This document shows positions 26,173-39,305 of a stretch of 64,000 bases of DNA, one piece after another. A model generated the notes under the pieces. That model was not told the origin of the DNA. It ran no database searches and saw only the letters and a program-made list of their open reading frames with translations. The stretch's first letter is position 1; every line of letters begins with the position of its first letter. Source of the DNA: Parasitella parasitica NRRL 2501 (Eukaryota; Fungi; Mucoromycota). The stretch is from positions 39,381 through 103,380 of the forward strand of contig MU619283.1 in NCBI GenBank assembly GCA_025201805.1, written 5' to 3'. The position numbers and the translations under genes were made by a program.

Positions 26173-27592
26173 GGAGATTGAATACGGTTGCTGATATTGA
26201 TCTTGATTCTGGTGGTGAAACGACTAGTGCTAAGAAATAAAGAAAAATAAAGGGACGAAAATATTCTCTTCATCGTCAAGACGGAGTAAGGACGAAGAAA
26301 GCTATTTGCGGCGCTTCAAGGGACTCGTCTATTGTCGATTGGCAATTTTGACGGTTTCTGTCGCTCAAACAAACATTGATCTACACTTCGATCGTAAATA
26401 GTAAATAAACGCGAAATAAACAAATACTCTAATTCGATTAGTACAAATTTGCAGCTTCATTGATCTTAAGCTTTGATCAGCAGAAATCAAATGTCTTGAA
26501 AAATGTATTCTACCAGACATGCCCTGGTATGTTTTAGAAGGTATATTGGTCATTTAGTTTGCTTTCAAGGATCCTCTTCTTTGATGTATCGGTATCTATA
26601 TAAGATAACTACGTTTGCAAAAGGTTCTAGTAGAAAATATTTGATTTTGTGCATTTAAACAAATCGAATGCATATTGTGTTTGCTATGCATCTAAAATGA
26701 TATCATATTTTATAATGCTAATATTAAGCCTGTGTCATACTAACGAGTTTTACATAATGTTCTGTATTGAGACTAATGAATACAAGGAATCTTGTTGATA
26801 TGTCAAGCCAAGGCAATCTTCTGTTGAATAATATATTCATTAGCAGCAAAATAGCACAGTTGGGTCTTCTCAAAATATTAACTTTCGCACAATAACAATT
26901 TTTCGACTTCATTACTACTCAAATTCTCACATTTTCGACTCAAATTGCAAGCCCAGAGTTTGTTGGGGGGGGGCTCATTTAGACAGAATATTAAGTATAA
27001 TACGATACAGAAATAATAATCAACTACTTGAGCAAACTATGCAGACCTTGAGATGTCCTCCCTAGAACAATTGAAAATACCAAAGAATGATATTACACAC
27101 TGGATAGGGTTTGAATATTATATCATTTTAAGCATTGAAACAATTAATGGACATATGGCAAAAGGGAAGGATGCAAACAAAGCAGCCGCATACATAACAG
27201 TTGGCGGGAACAAAGTAGCCATCATCCTTTTATCGAATCTCACGTTTATCAGTTCCAAATACTGCCGCCGTGAATGCCAGCAACATCGTTCTACGAGCAT
27301 AATTTATGGAATATGCCGTATGTTATTCTAGTCGAACCATCTGGATCGCACCGGTGTTAATTTCTGCGCCGCCTAGAGCACTTTCGGCATTAGTTAATCT
27401 AACTATTCGTATGGTAGCTTTTGTGCTCCCCATCAACTTTTAAGGTCTTCAATCTATGCTCGCTTCAGTGCTCAAACAACAACCAATAACCAAGCCGTGC
27501 TGGTCACCAAAACCTTCACCTCCTTGTTATGTGTCAGGTTGTTTTTTTTCCTACTTCTTTCTTCTTTTCCTTTGCTTTTTTAAATTTATTTA

Positions 27593-27826
27593 ATGTCTAC
27601 TAGTGCATCTGTACTTTCTGATTCTAAGAATAAAAAGGTCGATCCAGCACATCCAACACAAGATCCTTTTTCTTCGCCAGAAGAATCTTCAAATGTAAAC
27701 AACTGTTTCTGCTGTGGTGTTTTCTTGGTTCCACTGGCTGCTCTAGGTGGCTTGATTGATCAAATTATGAGAAAAATATCCAGAATATTTCGCAGCAGCA
27801 ATGATGATACCAACAACAAAGCATAA
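27593..27826 (+). CDS. Small 77-aa protein with a Cys cluster and a hydrophobic/amphipathic helix
   Basis: Pyrimidine-rich leader then ATG; NNCFCCGVFLVPLAALGGLIDQIMRKISRIF; AATAAA-like signal downstream. Confidence 0.5.
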   Translation: MSTSASVLSDSKNKKVDPAHPTQDPFSSPEESSNVNNCFCCGVFLVPLAALGGLIDQIMRKISRIFRSSNDDTNNKA

Positions 27827-27892
27827 AAAGACACTACCTAATACTTTATTATACTAAAATACATTAATAATAAACCTACTTTTTTTTCTTTT

Positions 27893-27894
<2 letters not shown>

Positions 27895-27949
<55 letters not shown>
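27895..27949. repeat. T55 homopolymer between convergent genes
   Basis: Directly visible. Confidence 0.9.
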
Positions 27950-27951
<2 letters not shown>

Positions 27952-28037
27952 CAACATCAATGATGAACCTTTGTTTTGAAAAAAAATTAAGACGATTTAT
28001 ACATTTTGGATGATTATATTACTATTTACTGTTGTTA

Positions 28038-28658
28038 TCAATACAAGTCATTTTGTGCAGAATCAACACAAAATCCTTGATCATGCAAGATTTTGCTTCT
28101 AATCTTCTCAACCTTTTCCTTTGCTTCGGTTTCTTCACGTTGTGCAACCAAAATTTCTTCGACAGGAACCTGCCTTAAATTTATTTGGTCTTCCTTTTCC
28201 AGATCCTGGATCAACAAAAATTAAGTATACAGTATTTGGTCTTTTTATATTCGTACTGATGCTTACAATTTCGCCAAGTAGGACCACATTCTCACCACGA
28301 ATCAAAAAGATACCTCTTGGAATGTCGCCATAACAATTACCCACATAGATTCGTTCGATTGTATCTTGCAAAACTAAATTTGCTATTTATTTTGCATTAA
28401 TAAAATATGACCCATTCCAATTACCCCTTCAGAAAAAAGAAAGAAAGAAAAAAAGACTAACCGAATTGATCAAATGATCGCAGAGTGCCAATCAACTTGC
28501 GCCCATCTCTCAAAACAACCATCAACTTTTCTAGTGCACATTAAAAAAATCCATCTTTTGTTACGCGCGTTCGAAAATTTCGGTTTAAACAACTTACTGT
28601 CAATACTGTCAATAAGACCGGTTGACGTAGTGAAAAAGGGTCCACTAGAAATCTCCAT
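28038..28658 (-). CDS. LSM1: Sm-like protein LSm1, 4 exons
   Basis: Spliced product: [69 protein letters not shown]..., ending QNDLY*. Confidence 0.96.
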
Positions 28659-30032
28659 ACTCGAACGAAATCAAAAAAAATGTATTCAAGAAAATAGACG
28701 AGGTAGAAAAGAGACGAAAAATTAGTATCACTGTGCTGTAAACTGGTGTACATTTGAAGCTCTACGTGACTCGTCTTGGTATTAGAAATGGTCTTTGATG
28801 CTAAACGACAATACAGAGGTAGCCCAGTATTGTTTACGTAAGACTATGGATCACTTAGCTACTGATTTGGATATTTAATCAATACAACAGTTTACACAAT
28901 AGGCTTTTCAGGAGCAGCGCACTCTCAGGTATGTATTTTATCCATGGAGATAGCCTCAGATAAAGGTTGGAACGAACTTGGGGTTATAAGCACTGGAACC
29001 CCTTCGAACGAGCTTAAATTTCATGCATCAAAATTGTAAAAAATAAATACGCTGATGACTATAAAGTGTGATATTACAGTCAATATTGAATCAATCAAGT
29101 TACATCAGCCCTTGGCAAATCAATTATCAATATTAGATTTGAATGGCTCATTGGTATCCAGAATGCGCAACAACAAACCCATGTACCCGTCAATGTATTT
29201 TATGGTGCAGCGGTAATATCTGTTGTATGGAAAAGGCAAACTTTCCTCAATTTTACCTGTAAGGCGATATGATATGAAGGTATCTGATGTTATAATTGGT
29301 TATTGCATACATCATACACTATCGTACGTGGAAGTGTCATAATATCATGTAAAGAAAAGAACTCCTTCCACATCTTTTACTGTTCACATTGGTTTATGCC
29401 ATTTTGTAACCGTTTACTACATTAGTTCCTGTTTTCTTTTGTATCCGCACTGCACTTTTGCCTTCAGTTAGAGGGCATTGGTAATTTCAGGGTTAGTGAG
29501 CTTGTTGAATAAGCATGTAAACAGCCATTCGACCTCCAATATCTCCTCATAACTCTCTACATCTTTCAACATCCACATCGAGACTTATCATTCAAGGTGA
29601 TCCATCGCTGAGGATCATATACGTCAAACATACATTTCGAAATCAAATCCTTACTTTACTTTTCTTTATGAATACCTGAACTCATTGTATCGATGGCTTG
29701 TAATTGATTGTATTACTGACTTATTGGCCTGAACCCTAAGGGTTGGCAAAAAAATGGTATTCATCTTATTTCAACGGCTATGTTCACTGCTCCCATTTTT
29801 CTTAAGTTTATCCTTTCCTATATCGATCTAGCCACCAAAAATACCTCTCTGAATCTGTATCATACTCACATCAAGCGAGCTGGTTGGTATGTTTATCATA
29901 ATAATGATCGAGGGTTACTTGATCTAAAACCATTAAAGAGATTTGCTGCAACACTGAGATATCGCACTACGATAAATATTAAATAGTAATATATTTCATC
30001 CATGTAATTCTATATAATGTCTATGCGGATGT

Positions 30033-30785
30033 CTATGCGGAGGAGGAGGATGATGACAATGTGGTTGATGGCATGGCTGAGGCTTGCTGCGTATTAGTGG
30101 AGTTTGTCACCTTTAGAGGTTGAAGCGATTTTTGATTCATGTGAGATAAATAAGAGTTCCAAGCAATTCCAAAGCACGAATTAACAATAGGTCTATAATG
30201 AATGGGTATCAGTGAAAATGTGAATATGTTGACAAAAGGCCAGTAGCAGTAAGCGTTCATGAGTCCCTTGAAATAACTATTTTCGAATTTCATCTTGATT
30301 TCTGTCAATGTACGACCTTCTAATATGGAAATACCACTCATGAAAATAGCTAGGATGGCCGGTGAAAATAATGCTTGATCTATGCCAACTCTAACAAACG
30401 TTGCTATCTCAGAAAAAAAAAAGAAAGATCAGTCATCTGAACATTATAAAGACGAAAAATAAACAAACCTGCCCATTTGTTCTTAATTTTTACAGCGTTA
30501 TTGATAAACCCAAACCAGCTGCCCACTAATGGACCATTGATGGCAGCTGCATAAATCATGATCCGAACAGAGCGACCGACATCATGGTTATCGAAGCCTT
30601 TTCTCTCTATAGCTTGTTGAGAAATGATGTCTCCCAGCGTCATCATGAAGGCTATGTGTCATAGAGAGTTGTCATTAGTCTTGCTCTTCATATTTGAAAA
30701 TAGTACACTTACATGACTGCACCGCAAAGGTTCTAATGGGCTTGTTTATAATATTGTATTGATATTTTTGTATAATTGTATTCAT
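30033..30785 (-). CDS. SYM1: Mpv17/PMP22 family membrane protein (SYM1-like), 3 exons
   Basis: KPIRT, LGDIISQQ, DVGRSVRIMIY..GP..WF, RVGIDQALFSP, YWPFVNIFTFSLIP..WNSYLS. Confidence 0.88.
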
Positions 30786-32435
30786 TCAAGTAACTTATAA
30801 AGGAGAAAGAAAAGGGGAAAAGATTTAAATTATGAGGGGAAGGGGATAGGTACGGTATATGAGCTTTTTTTTAAAACCGAGAATCGTAAATGATCAATAC
30901 CTGCGATAGGTTCTAAGCAAATACTTTACCCGGTGTAGTACTGCCAACAAATGATCTTAACCGCAACGAATTTGATGGCTGCTCATATTAATAGTCTTGT
31001 GTCTTATGTTGAAAAATCGGCTGTTGTGGTCTCATTCAGCATAGCCGAGCGCATAGTACCTTACTGTTGTGCGATGCACCGAAGCAGGGTGAAGTGTCTT
31101 TGTGGTCTAATCTCCTCAAACGATACAAAGAGTTCTAGGCAGTAGATACCAAGAGTCTCTGTTTATTGCAGTTCTATGATCTTTGCAAAGAGGCTGATAT
31201 CATCAATCTTGAAATCTTTGTTTTCTTTCTCATGCTTAATCTCAAGAAGATAATGCACGATTATTCAAAGTAATCAATTACAACCTTTTCTATATGAATG
31301 ATGTTGTTGATCTATGCAAAATAGCTCTTGATAATGATTCGTTCGCAGACTCATATAAAATGTGTGTCAGATGGTCTTAAATCGTTACGTAGTTAGTTAG
31401 TGTAGCGGATAGTCTAGAAAGCGATACTGGAATGTATAACGAATATTCAAGAGGCTAATAAGTTATCTTTAGATGATAATAGTGATGCCTTGTGCTCCAG
31501 TTCACTATGTCACGTGGGTTTATTATGTATACCACGCGCTATGAACACCTTGGTCCATCGGTATTACCACAAAATCATAATGAGACAATAGAACGCTCAG
31601 GTAGGAGGATTAGATCGGGTTATCATTTTTCGTCTTACAATACGTTTATATACAATGTAAAAAGAATTAAATGCCACAATCAATTCGAAGGAGATGACTG
31701 AACTTGGGCTCAAAGCTATTGTCTTCAATCCAAAAAATTAAGATTGCCCGCAGTGTAGAGACGCTCGAAACTAGTACCATACAAAGCAGCAGTTTCCTTT
31801 TTCTTTGGTCTTGTATTTTACAAAAAAAAAAACTAGAGCATTGAATAAATTTAGATTGACCACGGATTCTTTTGTTGATGCTGGAAGGTGGGGAGCAATT
31901 GACCGTCCTTTGCTTGTATGTGCAGTCTTACGATATTGATATCTCAAATTCTGCTTCCTCCAGTAAAAGCTTAAATTACTTTGGTCAAGTTGAGAACTAT
32001 GTCAGGCTGAGAACTATGTCAAGTTTTTAAACACCATTATGCAGAAGAAAGACGACGCTAAAAGCTCACTTCCAAAAAAAATCTCTTGTATTCTCAATAA
32101 ATTACAAAAAGTATCAAGCTGATTGTTTCTGGCTCTAGAAACTTTTCCCTATAAAGCTTTGATGATGCAAATTTATCAATGAAAGGATCAATTCCAAGAG
32201 CATCATCCTCCACTGAGCGAAAAATTGGGCTCATTAAAGAATTCTCTCGCCATCAATGTTATAAAATAGGCAAGACATGAAAATCCCGTTTACTTGATTT
32301 TTTATTCTAGGCAATAGTATCGTTTTTGATAAAGAGCATGCAATATAAAGCGACATAATGAGTGTGATCATAAAAAAGACATATAACTGTTGGTTGTTGA
32401 CATGACGAAAAAAGCAGCTTAAATTGCTTTTTTTT

Positions 32436-34971
32436 TTATATATTGGATTGGTCTGCTACATGCAAAGGAGCGTTGATCGACAATATTTCTGTTGGGCTAC
32501 TGCTACCAGCAGCAGGAGGGTGAGCTAGCACCTTCTGCTTTTGATGCTGAAACTTGACGTTGGAGTGAATGTGAGGGGGCTGTAGGTAAGAAAAATGTGT
32601 TGTTTGATGAACTGGTTGCTTATACATTGATGGTTCTGGTTGTGATGGCGGTGGTATTATGGGAGTAGGGAAAGCATAGTATTCTGTTACTGGGGCTTCT
32701 TTCTTTTCCATGGAGCTGCTGCTCTTGGCAGCAGGTCTCAAGTTGTTATTACTATAATGCTGTCGCTGTTGCTGAGGATACAAGTCATTGCTATAGGAGC
32801 TTACTGTTGGATAGTTATAAAACTGGGCACTGGTGCTATATTGTTGCATGGTATTGCTGTTGGGAGAGTACATCAAGGTGCCACTGTTATAATATGTATG
32901 ACAGAGGTCTGATGGAGAATTATTATTACATATCGGTATGCTGCTGACTGGATGCGAATGAGTGGCAGATGCATTCATACTGCTGTCTTGCGAAAATTCC
33001 ACTTTTGGCCTCGTGGATGCTTGTTCCTCTAAATAGGAGTCAGCAAATTTGGAAAGATGGCAAAAGTACATGGAGAAATCATTATGGTTAGCTGAATTAC
33101 TATTCTGCGAAAACGAATTTTGGCTGGGCTGTGGCTGTTCGTTTATGCATTGCGAATACGACGTGTTACTCGGATCGTTAGACTTTGGTCTGTCTTGAGG
33201 CACAGATGGCTGTGGGCTGTGCTGTCTTTGGCGTACCTTATTTGTGCCATCAGCAAGATCAAATAGTCGCCGCTTGTCTGTTTTCGTTGCAGAGTTTATC
33301 ATGTCGCTGTAATTTTTTGAAAAGAACCCAAGGTCATTTAGATTTTCGTTTGCGAACTGGGTGGGGTCAATGCCAAGCTGGGCAGCCAAAGTCTCAATGT
33401 TTTCTTGAAGCTGATCAATGTCGTCCGTAATCGCTTGAGCTGAGCGAGCGGTGGGCTGTGATGCAACATACGTAAGACTGGCTGGCTGCACTGTTCCAAT
33501 GTCGACAATAGTTGAATAGGAACTCGCTACTGTTTTTTGCTTTCTATCTATTATAAAGGTTGGTAATTTGACAGCGTAGTATCTGATGAGATTAATACCT
33601 TGGCTAGCAAAATCAAATTTGCACGTATTATCAGGGGCTGTCTAACTGTTAAAAATACGAGGTAAAAAGTGGCACACGCTTGAATAATTTACCTTCCAAG
33701 TTTATTGCGGCCGGGCTCGTATCGTCATCTCCATCGCTTCCACTGCTGTTTCCACTGCTGTTGCCACTGCTGTTGCCACTATCGCTGCTAGCAGCACCGC
33801 CGTCGCTGCTTCCGAGAGCACTATCACTGCTATGGTCACGCGCAGAAACGTTGCATTTTGAAATTGATTTCGAAAGATGCTTCATGTTCATCTTGTAATT
33901 GTTCGGATCGGCTTGTGCTGGCTGATTGGAAGGTTCAGCTTGATCAAATTCAGCATTTTTGTTACTGGAGCTCATCAGCAAACAGTTGTCATTGGAAAAT
34001 ACAGCAGTGAGGAATTGCAAAATTTTGGAGATGACTTGTTGGTGTTTCTGGTGTTTCTCTCTGGAAGCCAAGGTTTCTTGCCAAATGATTTCGTTATCGC
34101 GATGCAAATTACAAAGATCGGCAGTGATGTTGACTTGGTGTTTTTTGATAGAAGATATCTCCCTTACCAAAGCTCCCAAATTGACAGGATCTGCATTAGC
34201 TTCTTGACGATCTCGATTTCGCTTTCGTGTAACTAGAATCAAGAGATCTGGCCGATTCTTTTGGAAATTCGGACTACTAAATTCCCACTCCTCAACATTC
34301 GGGTTCTTCTTGTCATGATGGAGATGGGGCACTTTGTGGAAATCATACATGTTTAGCTGGCGAACAAATGATGCAAATGTGTTGTGCTTATAAAAACGAG
34401 GTAGGATGAGCCTTGCAAATTCTTCATGGCTTTCAACTGATTGCGAGCTTAGTATAATGGAGACCTAGTCGAGATAATGTCTTTTTTTTTTCTTACCTAG
34501 AAACGAATTGCCTTCAACGGACCACCGAATAAATGGGTCTGTTGAGGGGTCTCCTACCATGCTATAAAAAAAACATCAGCACACATGCAACCATTGACCG
34601 CCAAGCTAATGCTTTTTTTTTTTTTTTTTTTTTTTTTTGTGTGTGCTCTGTTCTTTTAAAAGGACAACTTACTTGTAAAGCTTGTGTAGAAAGGCAGGGA
34701 CGCTGCGCTGAGACGATATTTTATGAAGAAGATTAATGTAGTCGCTGCTGGTGCCAATTGCGGCACTTTTGTCTACATGTACTGATTGAGTCGCAGCAGG
34801 AGGCTGATATTTTTTTCGTTTGCTACTAGTGGATGGCTTGTTACTGGCACTAGCAGCAAGTTGAGCTGGGTTCAGGTCGGCTAGTCGCTCCTGGTTTGGG
34901 CCGTCGGTCGTAAAGGGTCTTTTTCTGGTAGAGATGCTGGCATTGGGGGATCCGCGCGAATTATGATCCAT
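32436..34971 (-). CDS. HSF-type DNA-binding transcription factor (heat shock factor-like), 5 exons
   Basis: [59 protein letters not shown]; HR-A/B region (LHRDNEIIWQE..HQQVISKILQFL); long disordered C-terminus. Confidence 0.92.
33741..33780 (-). repeat. 12-bp coding tandem repeat (SSGN)x3 in the HSF gene
   Basis: CCACTGCTGTT(T/G) repeated. Confidence 0.75.
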
Positions 34972-35911
34972 TATTTATACTCTGAAAATCTAACAAGGGA
35001 TTGATAAAAAAAAAACGATCAATAACTACAACATGAAACCAGATGGAAAGAAAGAAAAAGAAAAAAAAAACGAGTTAAAAAGAAGAAAAAAAAATGAGTG
35101 AATGGGGCACGGTAAAGCAATGGCGTTTCGCAGAACGTTAAAGAAGTTTTATTTTTACCTGTGTAATTGTTCTCGAGAAAAGCTCTATTGTTGTTGCAAA
35201 TGACAGTTACGCTTTTTTAACATACATGTGTGAAAATCAGTGAGTTTTTAGGCATGTACAAGTATTGTAACATCAAGAAAAAATGTCACTGTCGTGCTTT
35301 TTCATTTCTTTCAGTTACATTATACTAACTCACAATATTCTATACGTTGAGGTTTCAGGATTTCGTCTAATTTGTAAAAATGCAGATATAAAGAAAATGG
35401 TGGAAAGGGAAGCGGCAAAAATACGTTTGGCCTCATAAACTAGTGTCCTGTGTGGAACCAGTAAAAGCATTCTAAATCGGATTCTACAAAGGATCGAATC
35501 GATTTTGACAAAGCTGGATTCCAACTTGTCTAAAAGGCCAATTTAGGCAATATTCAATCCAATAGTCTATACTGTTCTATACAACAAAGTTGACACATGA
35601 GCAATACATAAATAGCATGAACTTGTCTTGAGTCACCCTACGCTGCAAAGTCTGAATGGTATTAGGCTGCAGCTTTTTTCTGTAAAAATTACAACCAAAA
35701 GGGCCCCGAGATCAAGAAATCACGTACGATATCTTGATCTCAATTTGCATAGGATAATTACGCAATGACTCCTTGAATTCATCCGGATCGTGGTCAAAGA
35801 AAGGCACGTATGAAAAAACGATTGATCGTCAACGACTAAAGCTGTTCAAGGAGAATGCTCTTATTTATTTTATTGCAGTATTAAGGCAAATCGGTAACAA
35901 ACGCATCTCAA

Positions 35912-37555
35912 TTAATGAATATCACAGGGCTCTACTCCTTCTGCTGCTGCTGCTGCCTGTTTTGAAGCAAAATAGGCCTTGCGCTTTTCCTCCATCCTTA
36001 AATGCTTTAAATATTTCCTGTGATATCTACCCTTCTTATGCTGCTCCCATTCTTTATCGCCATTAAGGACAAGTTGCTCTCCCGTCTCGGTCTTACATGT
36101 TTCGCACACATGCTTGTTCCAGGTTAGAATCTTGGTCTGTGTGCTATAATGCATGGTTAGTACGACGCTACAGATGACTTGGACGCAATGAAAATGCTTA
36201 CTCTTTCACCTCTTGTTCCAGGGTCAGCATGGTGTTTGCAGTCTCGCTTAAGCTTTTTGGCTTTGGTAGAGGCTGGCCCATCTGGAATGCCTTTGCAATC
36301 TCGATGGCCTTCTCCTTTACATTTTTATCCCACGCTTCTAAATCTGCAATAATGTCAGCGCGATCATCATAATATAACGCGCTTGCCGTACTTACTCCCT
36401 GCATCCAGACAGTATACAATAACCTGGTCATCTTTTGAGTTCAGTGATGTCGGCAGTAGCTTGTTGCGGATCCATTTAATTTGCGATTTTGCATATTTTC
36501 TAGTCGCCGACTTCATACGCTCGGTGCATTCAAGCTTGATTTTCTCTAATTCAGCCGGACTCTTGCCCCCTTCCAAGGCCTCAAAGTAAGAGTCGAATTC
36601 CTTGTACCCTATGGCCTGCCATAGTCCTCGTTGATATTTTTCTAGTTCAATGCCGGGCATCTTGACCTGGCCCTGTACGACGCGGTTTCTCAGATCTTTA
36701 ATTTCCTCGAATAAGCCTGTATCAATCATTTGATCAACTCTTGCATCTAGTCGAGGATTGAGTTTGGCAGGATCAGAATAAATCCAAAATACTAACGCTT
36801 GATATGTGGGTTGTAAGCCATGCATTTCGTACTGATCTTTCTGTGATTTAATAATCTCGCTTTGTGGGCGTCCAGTTTGATGGTAAATCTAACATTTAAA
36901 TTAGACTTTGCTCGTCGAGAAATACAAAGGCCTACCCTCAAGCTGCGCAGTATTTTTCGACGATCCGAAGGATGCCATTTGTTTGCCATAATTGGATCCA
37001 CTTTTTTTAAACGAGCGTACAGTTCACTTGTCTCCAACAAGTCAAATTCTGGAAATTGCAGATCACTATCTTCGGGCTCGCATGAAGCGCTGCGTTGGAC
37101 ACCTATAGTTGTATTGTTCCAGAGTAGAGATTGAATGTAGTAATTGGTGCCGCCCACCACTACAGGCAGTTCCTTTTTGCTGGATATTGATTCTATCTAG
37201 TCATCCGTAAGCATTGGGTACAGTGGCCAGAGTTTGCCTACCTTTTGCGAAGCATCATTGAGAAACGAAATAACCCTATACTCTTCCTCTGGCTCCAAAA
37301 AGTCCATGAGATGATGCTTGATTCCCTCTCGCTCTTCCATGGGCATTTTATTAGTAATAATGTCCAAGCCTTTGTAAACCTTCAGGAGAGACACAGTTGG
37401 ATTTGGGCATTCTTTTGCACTCGATTCAACCTTACCTGTAAGGCATCGGCATTGATTACTTGGCCTGTCAGTGCTTTGCATAATTCAACCGCTAGTTTAG
37501 ATTTTCCAATACCAGAACTCCCTACTACAGCTGCTATTTTCTTGATGGCTGCCAT
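35912..37555 (-). CDS. MOD5: tRNA dimethylallyl(isopentenyl)transferase, multi-exon
   Basis: P-loop VVGSSGIGKS, INADALQVYKGLDIITNK, LPVVVGGTNYY, RGLWQAIGYKEF, ATRKYAKSQIKWI, C-terminal zinc finger CETC...H...H. Confidence 0.95.
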
Positions 37556-37810
37556 TTGCTCTTGAAAAAAAAGAAAAAAAAAAAAAAAAAAAAAGTGACG
37601 GTCTGACTCGACAATGGAAATTTGCAACAGAAATCTTTGGCATTATGCAGATCAAATTGCTTAACGAATTATGGGGATTTGATTCAACCAAAATATAATC
37701 AAAAGCTCGAAAGATGCAACAGAAGTTACTTTGAAAGTCTGAAGTTCATATACGTTTTTTTTTTTTTTGCTTTTCTAATAGGTACCTCACCCAATATTTG
37801 CTACAATCAA

Positions 37811-38829
37811 TGGCCTCTGGTTCTCTCAAATCCCTTGAGTCACGACCAACATTAAGAAATAGTAATTTTTAGCGTTTTCATCCCAACGATATGTGAGAAA
37901 AATCAAGATATTGTCAAAGTGAAGGCCAAAAATTTGGTAAATGCTCTCGGAGCCACGCTTTGGGATCTATGGAAGACAATCCTTGACGGGTGAAAAACGA
38001 TTGGATGATCTAGCCAAGGAGCTCAAGTTAATGAACAATGACAATCGCCACTTCCATAATGCTGATGGCATCATCTCTCACACGAAAAGCGGTATAGAGA
38101 TTGGAATATTGGAAGCAACAGGCTGGATACTCCAGCACAATGACTCCAAAGAAACGCAAGACTACATCTAGGCTGGATACGGCCTTGTCGCTATACTGCA
38201 CGCTGTTGGCCGAAAGTATCACTATGGCAACTTTGAGATATTCAAAGGAATCAGCTCCTTCTTCTTTCAGGCCACACGTTTGTATTTTCTCTTTTGTTTA
38301 AAAACATATCTACTAAAATTTTATTTTGTAGTACTTTTTTCTAGCAACAAAGATACCTTTATGCCACTAGCAAAGTCTATGTATCTTATTGTATTGGCTC
38401 AGTCAAAGTGCCCACGGATCCAAAGACATCAGAAGAAAAGCTGAGAACACTGGTTGATCTCTTTTGGCTCCTGACAGTAAGATATACTTGACTCATCCTT
38501 CGTATAGCATTTCATTCATCATCATGACTGATAATATTTGCTAGAGATCAATTGAAGAATCGTGCCAAGCAATCGAGGAGCTGGAACAATCACATATTGA
38601 CAATTTGAAGAAGAAAATCAGAAAGTTGGAGGAACATGAAGAAGGAACAAGTCTGTGCGACAATTTCAAGATCAATGCTCTTATCAAGCTACCACAAATA
38701 TACATCAAGAAATCGAGCAATATGCAAATCAACAGCTCTCCTATTAAACAGCCATTGTGCAGGAGCAAGAGGTATTTTCAAATGAATGATTGTTTAGGTT
38801 TGCTATTGTCCCATTTTCAAATGCAATAA
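37811..38829 (+). pseudogene. Degraded member of a multicopy mucoralean family with a PD-(D/E)XK-like nuclease core
   Basis: HNADGII..SGIEIGILEATG..KETQDYI*AGYGLVAILHAVGRKY..FEIF..FFFQA with an in-frame TAG at 38169-38171; intron-like segments; further disablements downstream. Boundaries approximate. Confidence 0.6.
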
Positions 38830-39220
38830 AAATTCTTTATCAATACTAACGACATGTGCTTCAGATACCTGAAACTGAAAAACCATCTAATGGGCCACAA
38901 TACAAAATTGTTTGAATATCATAATTTCAGAAATATCCGTTAGATATTAGACATCTGAATAAGCCCAAATATTTAGACAAGTCTATAGAACTGCATAAGT
39001 ATTTAAGCTAAAAAATGGTTAGACGACAAAACCATCAAAATTTCAAAGCATCAAACTGCTTATATGAATAAGGCATTAATTTGTATGTATCCGTCAAATT
39101 ATGCATTTACTCAATGAAAAATCATAGCAGGTACAGCAAATGACAATCTCCATTTTTGTAGCTTCGCATTTTACCTCTGTTGAGTTAAGTCAGCATATCT
39201 GATATCAAAGAAAGAATACA

Positions 39221-39281
39221 CAGCCAGGACTCGATATAACAAACGGGTTGATGTACAAACATGTGTTTGGTATAGCGAGTT
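39221..39281. mobile_element. pogo/Tigger-like terminal fragment
   Basis: CAG..ACTCGATATAACAAAC (39229-39244) with inverted partner GTTTGGTATAGCGAGT (39265-39280, 14/16 match), resembling pogo-family TIR plus its internal inverted copy. Confidence 0.45.
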
Positions 39282-39305
39282 ATACCCTATTAGAATTCGA
39301 TACTC

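Noticed and set aside
37556-37627. In-frame N-terminal extension of MOD5 (dual-targeting isoform as in yeast)
   Set aside because: It begins at a non-ATG codon and runs through a poly-T leader giving poly-Phe. No upstream ATG and no presequence character.
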